Assembly (NCBI GenBank): GCA_002269645.1
Contig: NIVC01003103.1
Location: forward strand, 124,001 to 188,000
DNA: 64,000 nucleotides
Direction of reading: 5' to 3'
DNA from: Macrostomum lignano
Lineage: Eukaryota
Shown here one piece after another: positions 49,118-58,998 of this stretch. The notes beneath the pieces were generated by a model, which searched no databases, was not told the origin of the DNA, and was given only the letters and a program-made list of their open reading frames with translations. Each line of letters starts with the position of its first letter. Within the stretch, counting starts at the first letter, position 1. Both the position numbers and the translations under genes were made by a program.

Positions 49118-51211
49118 TCAGTCCGCGGCGGGAATTTCCCGCACCCGACCGAACTCCGCCTCCACGGCCGCCCGCAGCTGCTCCAGGCAGTGCGGCTCCG
49201 CCAGGGCGCTGAGGTCGCCGACGCAGCGGGGGTCGCGGCCGGCGGCCAGGAGGCGCAGAACGCGGCGCATCACCTTGCCGGAGCGGGTCTTCGGCAGGGC
49301 GGCCACGCGCAGCAGGTGGTCCGGCACGGCGAACGGCCCGATGACCTCGCGCACCAGGCCACGCAGGCTCGCCCGCAGCCGCTCGTCCAGCCCGCAGCCG
49401 TCGTCCTCCTTCAGCACGAGGAAGGCGCAGGCGGCCTCACCTTTGACGTCGTGGGGCCGGCCGACCACAGCGGCTTCGGCCAGAGCGGGGTGGCGCAGAA
49501 GGGCAACCTCGAGCTGCGCAGAGCTCATCAGGTGGCCGCTGACGTTCATGGCGTCGTCGACCCGGCCGGTGATCCACAGGTAGCCGTCGGCGTCGCGCCT
49601 GGCGCCGTCGCCGCAGCAGTAGTAGCCGGGGAATGCGGAGAAGTAGGTCCGCTCAAAGCGCTCGTGGTCGCCAAGGATGCTGCGGGCCAGGCCCGGCCAG
49701 GCCGGCGGCCCGAACGCCAGGTGGCCTTCGGCCGGCCCGTCCAGCTCCCGGCCGGTGTCCGGGTCCAGCAGCACCGGCCGGACGCCGGGCAGCGGCAGGC
49801 AGGCGGAGCCGGGCTTGGCCGGCGTGGCGCCCGGCAGAGGGGCGATCACGTGACCGCCGGTCTCCGTCTGCCAGTAGGTGTCCACCACGGGGCAGCGGCC
49901 GGAGCCGACCTTGGCGTGCAGCCACAGCCAGGCCTCCGGGTTGATAGGCTCGCCAACGGAGCCGAGGACGCGCAGGGAGCTGCGGCTGCTGCCCTCAAAC
50001 TGGGAGTCTCCGGCCCGCATGAGGGCGCGCAGCAGCGTGGGCGCGGTGTAGAACGACTCGACTTTGTAGCGGTCCACCACCCGCCAGCAGCGGCCGGGCT
50101 CCGGCCAGCAGGGCGGGCCCTCCAGCATGACGCAGGTGGCGCCGAGCAGGAGGGGCCCGTAGACCAGGTAGGAGTGGCCGGTGATCCAGCCCAGGTCGGC
50201 GGTGCACCAGTGCACGGTGGGCGGCCGCATATCAAAGGCCAGGCGGGTGGTGAAGGCGGCGTAGACCAGGTAGCCGCCGGTGCTGTGCAGCAGCGCCTTC
50301 GGCTTTCCAGTACTGCCGCTGGTGTGCAGGGCGAACAGCGGCTCCTCGGCGTCCAGCCACTCCGGCGGCGGCCCGGAGGCCTCGTCAAAGTCCTCGTCGC
50401 CCTCTGATGGGGGCTCCGGCCAGGGCTGGTCGCGGCCGGCCTCCATCGGGCAGGGCTGGTCGTCGGCGCGGCGCAGGACGAAGCAGGCACGGATTTCAGC
50501 GCCGGCCTCGGCGCAGGCGCGCATGGCGGCGTCAGCGATGGGCTTGAGGCCGAGGCGCCGGTGGCCGCGCCAGGCAAAGTCGCAGGTGAGCAGGACTCGA
50601 GCTCCGGCGTCCAGCAGCCGCTCGGCCAGCGACTCGGCCGAGTAGCCAGCGAAGACGACGACGTGAACGGCGCCGAGGCGGGCGCAGGCGAGCAGCGCCT
50701 CCACCTGCTGCGGCACGTTGGCCATGTAGACGCAGACTCGGTCGCCGCGCCGGACGCCGGCGCCGGACAGGGCGCGGGCCAGCCGGCGCACCCGGGCGAG
50801 CATCTGCGCGTAGGTGACGGCGTGGCCGGCGCCGTCGGGCTCGTTGGCCTCCCAGTGCAGGCAGACGCGGTCGCCGAGGCCGGCGGCAACGTGCCGGTCC
50901 AGCGCGTTGTGGCAGGCGTTGAGCCGCCAGCCGGCGAACCAGCGGCAGTCGACGCCGCCCTCGCGCCGCTTGTCGAGATTCTGACGCGTCACCGGTGCCT
51001 GGCGCCAGTCGTCCGGCCTGTGGCGCCAGTCGAGCAGCGAGTCGGCAGCCTCGCGCCAGAAGTCGTCGGGCGCAGTGATGGAGCGCAGGTAGGCATCTCG
51101 GTAGGCTGTCAGCGAGCCGATGTGCGCGCAGCGGCTCAGCTGCTCGGGTGGGTGGAAAACCTGCGGCGGTTGCCCCTGCGGCTCCGGCTGCTGCTGCTGC
51201 TGCCTCTGGGC
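49118..51211 (-). CDS. ACSS2: Acetyl-CoA synthetase, animal cytosolic ACSS2 type; single 2.1-kb exon, initiator Met not in this exon
   Basis: Motifs HTSGSTGKP, CTADLGWITGHSY, FYTAPT, GEPINPEAWLW, DTYWQTETGG, GRVDD, PKTRSGKVMRR. The frame stays open upstream of the track start (YLRSITAPDDFWRE, ACS N-terminal motif) to the acceptor atctcccag|GCC at 51211, with an in-frame TAA just upstream. Confidence 0.93.
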   Translation of the reverse strand, partial: AQRQQQQQPEPQGQPPQVFHPPEQLSRCAHIGSLTAYRDAYLRSITAPDDFWREAADSLLDWRHRPDDWRQAPVTRQNLDKRREGGVDCRWFAGWRLNACHNALDRHVAAGLGDRVCLHWEANEPDGAGHAVTYAQMLARVRRLARALSGAGVRRGDRVCVYMANVPQQVEALLACARLGAVHVVVFAGYSAESLAERLLDAGARVLLTCDFAWRGHRRLGLKPIADAAMRACAEAGAEIRACFVLRRADDQPCPMEAGRDQPWPEPPSEGDEDFDEASGPPPEWLDAEEPLFALHTSGSTGKPKALLHSTGGYLVYAAFTTRLAFDMRPPTVHWCTADLGWITGHSYLVYGPLLLGATCVMLEGPPCWPEPGRCWRVVDRYKVESFYTAPTLLRALMRAGDSQFEGSSRSSLRVLGSVGEPINPEAWLWLHAKVGSGRCPVVDTYWQTETGGHVIAPLPGATPAKPGSACLPLPGVRPVLLDPDTGRELDGPAEGHLAFGPPAWPGLARSILGDHERFERTYFSAFPGYYCCGDGARRDADGYLWITGRVDDAMNVSGHLMSSAQLEVALLRHPALAEAAVVGRPHDVKGEAACAFLVLKEDDGCGLDERLRASLRGLVREVIGPFAVPDHLLRVAALPKTRSGKVMRRVLRLLAAGRDPRCVGDLSALAEPHCLEQLRAAVEAEFGRVREIPAAD

Positions 51212-51379
51212 CTGGGAGATTTTTAAACTTGCCGTTTAGTTGCTAGGCAGGTTCAAGCTAAGGTTAATAAGGCCTATTCTATCCTTATGCTAATCTGCTT
51301 TGCTTTGGGAATCCTGCTCTCAGCTGATGGCTCAACTCAGAACGACCACAGACGGCAGATCCGTTTCCATTGGCGGTTC

Positions 51380-51393
51380 GTTGCCATAGCGAC
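51380..51393. promoter_or_regulatory. Possible RFX X-box upstream of the ACS exon
   Basis: GTTGCCATAGCGAC; its reverse complement GTCGCTATGGCAAC fits GTHNYYATRRNAAC. It lies about 170 nt upstream of the ACS acceptor. Confidence 0.35.
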
Positions 51394-52912
51394 CTTCTCC
51401 CCTTTAGTTTCCAATTTAAGCGAAATCGTTTGAGTCTCATTCAGAAGGATAAAGAAAGAAGGCAGCCCGCCCGCTGAGAAGATGTCTATGGCCAAAGTAT
51501 TGGCACCACTGACTCGGTGGCGTTATGCACTGCGGAATGGGGGGGGGCAGAGGGGCACCTGTCCCTGAAATTTGAGATTATTGCTTGAATTCAATCCGGG
51601 AGCCACTCAGGGGAGGTCAGGGGGCAGGGGGGGGGGTCAGATGCTTAGAAAAAAGCTCTTGCTCCCCTTCCTAGGCAAAAAACTTGCTCCTCGGTCTCTG
51701 CTTCCCCTGGGGATCAGGTATAGCAAAGTAGACATAGAGTTCCTTTGCTGGCTGGATTTCTAATTAAAGTACACGCTGCACTGTGGCACTGGCCGACCCA
51801 CGTTCAGGATGAAATCTGTCGCCCTTATCTGCACTTGCCGCAGCCTGATGGAGCCAATCGAAGCAGTCAATAAACTAAAAAATGGAAATATGGCTCAATC
51901 TCATACCAGCTTGTCAGTTTATCTCCAATCAGCTGTCTCTGTGTAACACTTTTTGAGATGAGACGCATGGACTGCGGCAGTTTTGCCGCTATTGAAAAAG
52001 CGAAACATAGCCTAGGTATTCTACTGCCAGTAGAAACCTAAGCAAATTGCCGATAAATTTACAGGGACTGCTTGGAAAAATTTTGCGGGATTTTTTGTAT
52101 AATTTTGAAAAACTGTGAGTAACATTGAAGGTCATTTTCACGGCAGATTAATGAATTCACCAGCTTATCGACCGGTGCCCTTCTAGTAGTCCTTGCATAT
52201 TAATTGTGATACTACGCACTTGGACTGGAAACACTCGGGCCTAGGCGCTATCGTTCAAACAGAAATAAAGAAGCCAAGCCATGTTTGATTGGTTTTAAAT
52301 AAACATAGATAAATGTATATATATTTATCTATGCCTCGGGCGCGAACTCGTGCCTTTATTATGCAGTCAGGCGGGCAGATGATGCGATGGGGCAATCGGG
52401 GGGACTGCGGGTTGATTAAATCTGCAGCTGTGAGGTCAAGGCGCAGTCAATGCCCCTTCCTAGCTACTTGTAACGCTGGCGCCGGCGTGAGTAGTATGCA
52501 GAGGAAAATTTAACAGAAAATTGACAATCAACTTTTTGCTGAAGCACAGAAAATGAAAACGGCGGAATATTGTAGAAATTTTCGGATAAACGCGGCAATA
52601 TTCGTGCGAACTGATGCAGCTGGGGAGGCGATGAGGTGATGCAGCAACAGGTGCAAAAAACTGAGAGAGGAACTGAAAAATGAATTCGGTAAAAACAAGG
52701 GGCCGGCGGATTTCGACCCCAGCCAGGGTGTACATTCTGAATTCATGTACTTAATAGATATATATATATTAATATGTATAAATATGAATATGCACTGATA
52801 GCAGCAGACAGGTGTGTTCAGTTAGACGCAACAGACTAAGCAGTGAGACGCGATAAAACTCTGTCTGCTGGGATAGGGGAGCCGCTGGGTCCGGGCTCCT
52901 CCGGCTGCCGGC

Positions 52913-52975
52913 TCATTTCAGCATCTTGTTCGCCCGCTCGTTGGCGCCCTCGATGCGCGTCTGGTTGGACGCGGC
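52913..52975 (-). CDS. SNAP25: SNAP-25 exon 7
   Basis: acccgcag|GCC; [20 protein letters not shown]. Confidence 0.92.
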   Translation of the reverse strand, partial: AASNQTRIEGANERANKMLK

Positions 52976-55900
52976 CTGCGGGTGGGCGGGGAGCGCAGCG
53001 TCGCTTGTGCTATGGAGTACATGCGCACTGATGGCAAAGAGCAAACCCCCAGGAAACTAAAACTAGCTGTGAAGTTCGGCTATTAAAAAGTTTTTTTCTT
53101 CAACTGCTTGCTTTGAACTCTGTACGACTGCAGCGCACGAGCCCCGGCTGCTGGTAGGATCAAGCAAACCCACCTTCTCCTGGATGCGGTCCAGCTGCCT
53201 GTTCTGCGAAGTGATCTCGCTGCCCATGTCGATGGCCATGTTGCGCAGGTTGCCAACCATGTTGCCGACCTCCTGGATGTTGTTGTCCATCTCGTCCTCG
53301 CGGTCGTCCTTCGTGATTCTGAAATTGAATAGGACATTGTTTAAGTACTCCTTCCCCAGTGTACATTCTATCCAATCTCGGCCCTCTCCCCAGTGTACAT
53401 TCTATCCAATCTCGGCCCTCTCCCCAGTGTACATTCAATCCAATCTCGGCGTTCTCCCCCAGTGTACACTCTATCCAATCTCGGCCCTCTCCCCCAGTGT
53501 ACATTCTATCCAATATCGGCCCTCTCCCACAGTGTAAATTGTATCCAATCTTGGCTCTCTCCCCAGTGTACATTCTATCCAATCTCGGCCCTCTCCCCAG
53601 TGTACATTCAATCCAATCTCGGCGTTCTCCCCCAGTGTACACTCTATCCAATCTCGGCCCTCTCCCCCAGTGTACATTCTATCCAATCTCGGCCCTCTCT
53701 CCCAGTGTACACTCTATCCAATCTCGGCCCTCTCCCCCAGTGTACATTCAATCCAATCTCGGCGTTCTCCCCCAGTGTACACTCTATCCAATCTCGGCCC
53801 TCTCCCCCAGTGTACATTCTATCCAATATCGGCCCTCTCCCACAGTGTAAATTGTATCCAATCTTGGCTCTCTCCCCAGTGTACATTCTATCCAATCTCG
53901 GCCCTCTCCCCCAGTGTACATTCTATCCAATCTCGGCCCTCTCCCTAGTGTACATTGTATCCAATCTCGGCCCTCTCCCCAGTGTACACTCTATTCAATC
54001 TCGGCCCTCTCCCCCAGTGTACATTCTATCCAATATCGGCCCTGTCCCCCAGTGTACACTCTATTCAATCTCGGCCCTCTCCAACCAGTGTACACTCTAT
54101 CCAATCTCAGTAGTACTCTCCCTGAGAGGACACTGCCGCTCTCACCTGGTGACGTAGCCACCCTGAGGTCCCATTCCGTTGTCGCCGAGCACCACCCGAG
54201 GCCCGTCGGTGTTCACAGTGCCGTCGTCGTCCTTCTTGAAGTTTTTGTCGAACTGGCCTTTGCCGGCTCTGGCAGGAAAAAAGTTCGACAGGAAATTAAC
54301 TATTGGTGCGCGAGTAATTTCAAACGAACTAGATTGACCCTCACTTGTTCCACGGCAGGATGCAGAGGCCGCAGCACTTGTTCAGATCGTCCAGATTCTT
54401 CTCGGCATCTTTCATATCCGTGTTGATCTGGTCCATGCCCTCCTCGATGCGGTCCATTTGCTCTGAGATGGCGAATGAGCACCGGGGTTGTGCCAGGCTG
54501 GGTCGGTGTACACTGGGTCACACTCGGGGGGCATCAATACGCATATTTTTGCTCACCCTAATGGACTACGGGGTCAATTATTCAATACAGAAAGTATGTG
54601 CATGCAAAGAATACAAAAATAACCCGAAGGCTGGTGACATTCTTGCAGACTACAGCATCTGATAAGGACATCCGCCTAGCAGAAGCCTGAGTGTAAACTT
54701 TAAATAATAAATCTCCCAGCTGACCATTTCTATCAGCTGACCAATTATCCCAACTGACCATTTATCCCAACTGACAAATTACGAGCTATCATAACTGACC
54801 AATTATCCCAACTGACCATTTATCCCAACTGACAAATTACGAGCTATCATAACTGACCATTTCTCCCAGCTGACCAATCATCCAATCATGTTGAACAGGT
54901 AAAAATCAATAAAAAACTAAAAGTGCAGAAAAGCAGACATCATGACTGCTACAACAGGAAAGATAGCCATTAGCATAATCAAAGCACAACACGGAAGCGA
55001 GCCTCACCGCCTTGGTCGTCAAGCATCACGAGAGTGGAAATTCCGGCCTCCTTAGCCTGATGAGGCGAAGGCGGGCGGTGGGGAGTAAACAGATTAAGTA
55101 AACTGAACAGCTTGAGGGATATGAAGAGCATTTTATCCACTGGATCACTGGACTACAAACGTTGGGAGAAACTTATACAAGTACCAATAGTGAAACTCAA
55201 CCTGCAAATACCAAATTTACTTGAAATTCTGATGCGTGAAAATTGGAGAGTCAGGGAGTGGGAGAGTCAGGGAGTGGGAGAGTCAGGGAGTGGGAGAGTC
55301 AGGGAGTGGGAGAGTCAGGGAGTGAGAGAGTCAGGGAGTGAGAGAGTCAGGGAGTGGGAGAGTCAGGGAGTGGGAGAGTCAGGGAGTGGGAGAGTCAGGG
55401 ATTGGGAGAGTCAGGGAGTGGGAGAGTCAGGCGATAAGAGAACTTTAGCACCCTCCACCTTGAAAGTAAGCTATGAAGGTGTCACCAACAATATTGATGG
55501 ATTGACAAGTTTGATAGCAGACAAGACAAAAAAAGACAGCACAGATTCCACCGGTAGAGTGGGACGGCGAGACACGGTGCGCTGTAAGCAGTGGGTTGGC
55601 ACAACTGTGCACACCTGTGCCCTTATCTACCTGTTTCTCCCAGTCACCCTCCCTTTCTCTCGCAGCGGCCAATAAGGTGAAGGCACATCAGCCAGGCGCC
55701 TCACTCACCGCTTCGCACATGGACACCATTCGTCGGGTTGACTCCAGCGACTGAAATTGGGGGGTGAGAGATTGAGTGCACTTCAGAGCAGTGTTTTTTT
55801 TTAATTAACGGCCTGTTGAACTGGAGCTGTGTACAGCTGGTACTTGCCGCTGAGGCTGTAGGGGTTGCAGCACTTTGTATCACTGCCGCAGCTCAGAGCT

Positions 55901-58900
55901 GCCAACCAATCACAGGAGGGATAGCTGGAGCTCAGAGCTGCCAACCAATCACAGGAGGGATAGCTGGAGCTCAGAGCTGCCAACCAATCACAGCAGGGTA
56001 GCTGGAGCTCAGAGCTGCCAACCAATCACAGCAGGGTAGCTGGAGCTCAGAGCTGCCAAACAATCACAGCAGGGTAGCTGGAGCTCAGAGCTGCCAACCA
56101 ATCACAGCAGGGTAGCTGGAGCTCAGCCTAATTTGCCACTCGCTCATGGTGGCTGCCTTTGATGGTGTGGTGCAATCAGCCCATTCAGCTGAGTACTAAG
56201 CAGCCCAGACCAGCACAGCTTAACTCTACAGAGCTTTTGGTGAATGCACTGAGCCATCAGCAGCCACTCTCAACTATCAAGCAGCCACTCTCAACTATCA
56301 AGCAGCCACTCTCAACTATCAAGCAGCCACTCTCAACTATCAAGCAGCCACTCTCAACTATCAAGCAGCCACTCTCAACTATCAAGCAGCCACTCTCAAC
56401 TATCAAGCAGCCACTCTCAACTATCAAGCAGCCACTCTCAACTATCAAGCAGCCACTCCCCCTGGTTTACTTCAGTCTGGGCCCGGTCCACCAGCAGCAT
56501 GATCTCGTCCGCCTCAGTCAGAGGAGGCGCGGTGGCGTCGGCTGGCTCTTCGGCTCCAGCCATGTCAGGGGCAGTCGGTCAGGAAGGTCTTTGGCAGCCG
56601 CTGGCACGGGCTGGGGGCGGGGCCGCTCTGCTCCCTAATAATATACAGCCCGGATACATTAAAATGCCTAGCGGGGTGGCGCAGAGCTGATTGATGAGTT
56701 CCTCTGACTCCTTCTCCCTCCCTTCCCGCACCTCCCCGGCAGCAGCGTACGCTGTGGGATCGCTGCAATGTTTTTTCTGGCAGCGGGAGGCATTTGTTTG
56801 TGGCCCTCCCCGCCCCCCCCCCTGCTGGTCCGCCAGCGCTCTCTGCTCTGTGCTCACGGTCAACAAATGCTGGCCGGCCTCAACAATGAACTGGCCTGCT
56901 GGCCTGCCGCTGCCAAGGCTGGTGGGATCTGAATGCGGGAGCTCAGGTGGCCGCGCGCACTCACAGCTGGAATTGCGTCGCGCGCGCTTCCGCCTACTGC
57001 TAGTAGCGATATCGGGGCGAGGCTGCCCGAACGGAGCAGTTTTTCGACGCCGTGGAGATAAACAAGAAAGCGGGGGGGGGGGGGGCCGCGATGGCGCAGC
57101 CTCTCAACGCGGCGAGTCAAATTCCCCTTTCTCCCCTCTCCCTTCGCCCCCTGCCCGGTGAACTCCGAGGCACTGAGGGCATCTATTATATTATATTGGG
57201 CTCGCATCCCCGTCCCACAGCCAGGTCTCATCAGGAATGCAAGACGGGGGGAGGAGGGGAAGGCGGAGTCCCCCAGAGCCTCTTGTAGCTTGGTTGATGG
57301 GGTTCAGGCAGCCTCGCCTCTCCTTTCTTGTCCAGCTTCATCCCTGCGCTGTCTCTTCTCCGGGCTGCCGACTTCCCCAGCCTCCGCGCCTCCTCCTTGA
57401 GCCGTGGGGTGTCCGCACCGTTTAGCTAATGGCCAGGGCACCCCCTTCCCCTCTCCCAGCTCTCATTCCCTCTTCTTTCTCTCTCGTTTTTCCCCCGTCA
57501 CGAGATCCTTCTTCATCCTTCTCCAGCCGCGCGGAGCCTCAACAAGCCGCAGAAGGTGACGGAAGGAAGAGTGCAAAACGGCCTGCCCCTTCGGGCTCCC
57601 GCGGGACTGCGGCAGAATGAGGAAGCGAGGTAGGGATTTAGTAAGCTGGCGGGACCGGTGAGGCTGTCTGCATGGCTAGGGGGAAATGAAAAGGTGCTCA
57701 GAGCCCTTTTTCCCGGCCAGCTGTCAGTCACTCTGCCCCGCCTTCTCGCCGGGTCGGCAAGTCTGGGAAATGCCGGAGGAGACTCGACCTCCCGGGACTC
57801 GAACTCGCACCCGGAGAGAGCCGACACAAAAATAGATGCCTCATCATGACAAGCTCTTCCTCTGCGGGCGTTCGAAGACCAGTTGGAACCGGTTCCAACT
57901 CAGCCACCCCAGCCTCCGCTTCTCCATCTTCTACAGAAATTGGCTGCCTGCCAAGCTAGGAAGGCCAAGGGGCGGGGGAAGAGGGGCTCTGAGCCCGATC
58001 TCGGACCTTCAAATGCACTTTAATCCCCACTTTCCTCGGCCGCTGTGGAAGAGAGCGAGGGATCGGAGAGTGCGGAGCTGCGGGCCCGGCAGCTCACAGG
58101 ACGAACCGCCGCTCACCCGCTGCTCGCCTCTCCCGCCGTCTTGCGTCCCCATTTCTCCCCTCACTCTCCGCTCCCCCAATTTCTCTGTCCGTCCGGGCTG
58201 GGCAGGCGGGGTGGCCCGCGGCGGCGCAAAAAATGAGAAGGGGACGGCTATGCGTGCTCAGCTCCCCCGAGAGGCTGGGCTCCCCGCCTGCCTCATCTCT
58301 CTTCTCTCCTCTCCTTTCCCTTCACCCGGCTCAGTCCTAAAAACATGCCGAGCAGTGAATAGCGGGGAGGCTGGGGATGGGGAGCGGGCAGGCCGGGCTG
58401 AGCACTGCCGCCCCTTCAGCAAAATCAATGCTTAATACTCCGCCCCAGCCTCCCCGGTATGTATATTCTTTATTGGTCCACAGCTCCCCGGCAGCTGCAG
58501 CTTTCTTCTAGCTTCATCATCTCCCTTCCCCGTGTTCGCCAGTTGCAGCGGCCCGCAAGAGAAAGGCAGCGAAGGAATGAGCTTGTCTGCAGCCTCCCGA
58601 CTGACCGGCAGGGTTCGAACAGCTAAGGGGGGGGGGGTATCGGAGCGCACCCAGAATCTGGCATCCCCAGCCACAGAATTCTCCCGCTGCGAGTCCTATC
58701 GATCCGGGGGATCAATCTCCGGCTGAGGTTTTGCATCGCCTCGGGAACCGGATTAAAGTATTTGTCTACGGGGTAGACAGGCAGAGTAACTATAACTACA
58801 ATCAGATAGGCCAATGCGTCGGCATCTAACTAGCACTATTTTTTTATAAGTTGAGTCTCAAACTGCAGGTAATTTGTAAATCATAAAAATTAACAGATGA

Positions 58901-58998
58901 AGCTGGCTCACCTCATCGGTCTTCTGGTTCATGAGCAGCTGGATCTCCTCCAGCTCGGTGCGGGGCACCTCCTGCGCTGGCTGTTCCGGGGCGCTCAT
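52913..58998 (-). CDS. SNAP25: SNAP-25 (Qbc SNARE), whole gene, 7 exons, 208 aa
   Basis: Exons 58998-58912, 55750-55709, 55056-55008, 54462-54345, 54268-54146, 53318-53174, 52975-52913. Motifs [80 protein letters not shown]. Phases are consistent. Confidence 0.95.
53174..53318 (-). CDS. SNAP25: SNAP-25 exon 6 (Qc helix)
   Basis: aatttcag|A; [48 protein letters not shown]|GTGGGT; 145 nt. Confidence 0.95.
53355..54105. repeat. ~34-bp minisatellite in SNAP-25 intron 5
   Basis: CCCCAGTGTACATTCTATCCAATCTCGGCCCTCT units. Confidence 0.93.
54146..54268 (-). CDS. SNAP25: SNAP-25 exon 5 (linker)
   Basis: ttcctgccag|A; [42 protein letters not shown]|GTGAGA. Confidence 0.9.
54345..54462 (-). CDS. SNAP25: SNAP-25 exon 4 (118 nt, palmitoylation cysteine cluster)
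   Basis: catctcag|AG; [41 protein letters not shown]|GTGAGG. Confidence 0.95.
54715..54875. repeat. Short composite repeat
   Basis: CTGACCATTTATCCCAA / CTGACAAATTACGAGCTATCATAA units. Confidence 0.75.
55008..55056 (-). CDS. SNAP25: SNAP-25 exon 3 (49 nt)
   Basis: ctcatcag|GCT; [17 protein letters not shown]|GTGAGG. Confidence 0.92.
55245..55432. repeat. 16-bp minisatellite
   Basis: GGGAGAGTCAGGGAGT units. Confidence 0.9.
55709..55750 (-). CDS. SNAP25: SNAP-25 exon 2 (42 nt)
   Basis: aatttcag|TCG; [14 protein letters not shown]|GTGAGT. Confidence 0.93.
55895..56125. repeat. ~38-bp minisatellite containing CCAAT
   Basis: CTCAGAGCTGCCAACCAATCACAGCAGGGTAGCTGGAG units. Confidence 0.9.
56257..56458. 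repeat. 21-bp minisatellite abutting the SNAP-25 exon 1b donor
   Basis: CAGCCACTCTCAACTATCAAG units. Confidence 0.92.
56471..56563 (-). CDS. SNAP25: SNAP-25 alternative first coding exon (1b), paralogous to exon 1a
   Basis: [31 protein letters not shown]|GTAAAC, 93 nt, phase 0. Aligns with exon 1a [29 protein letters not shown]. Confidence 0.8.
58912..58998 (-). CDS. SNAP25: SNAP-25 first coding exon (1a)
   Basis: ccttccag|acagcATG; [29 protein letters not shown]|GTGAGC, phase 0. Confidence 0.92.

Noticed and set aside
49190-50407. 405-aa plus-strand ORF, and other antisense ORFs over neurexin and TAL exons
   Set aside because: They are shadow frames of GC-rich coding sequence on the opposite strand.
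49118-51211. Horizontal transfer of a bacterial acs gene
   Set aside because: Diagnostic residues (SGHL, WITGHSY, EG.L.F..WPG, HERFE.TYF..FPGYY) match animal ACSS2, and GC content resembles the other exons.
54269-55007. Vertebrate-style duplicated SNAP-25 exon 5a/5b
   Set aside because: No second copy of the 118-nt exon is visible in either flanking intron.
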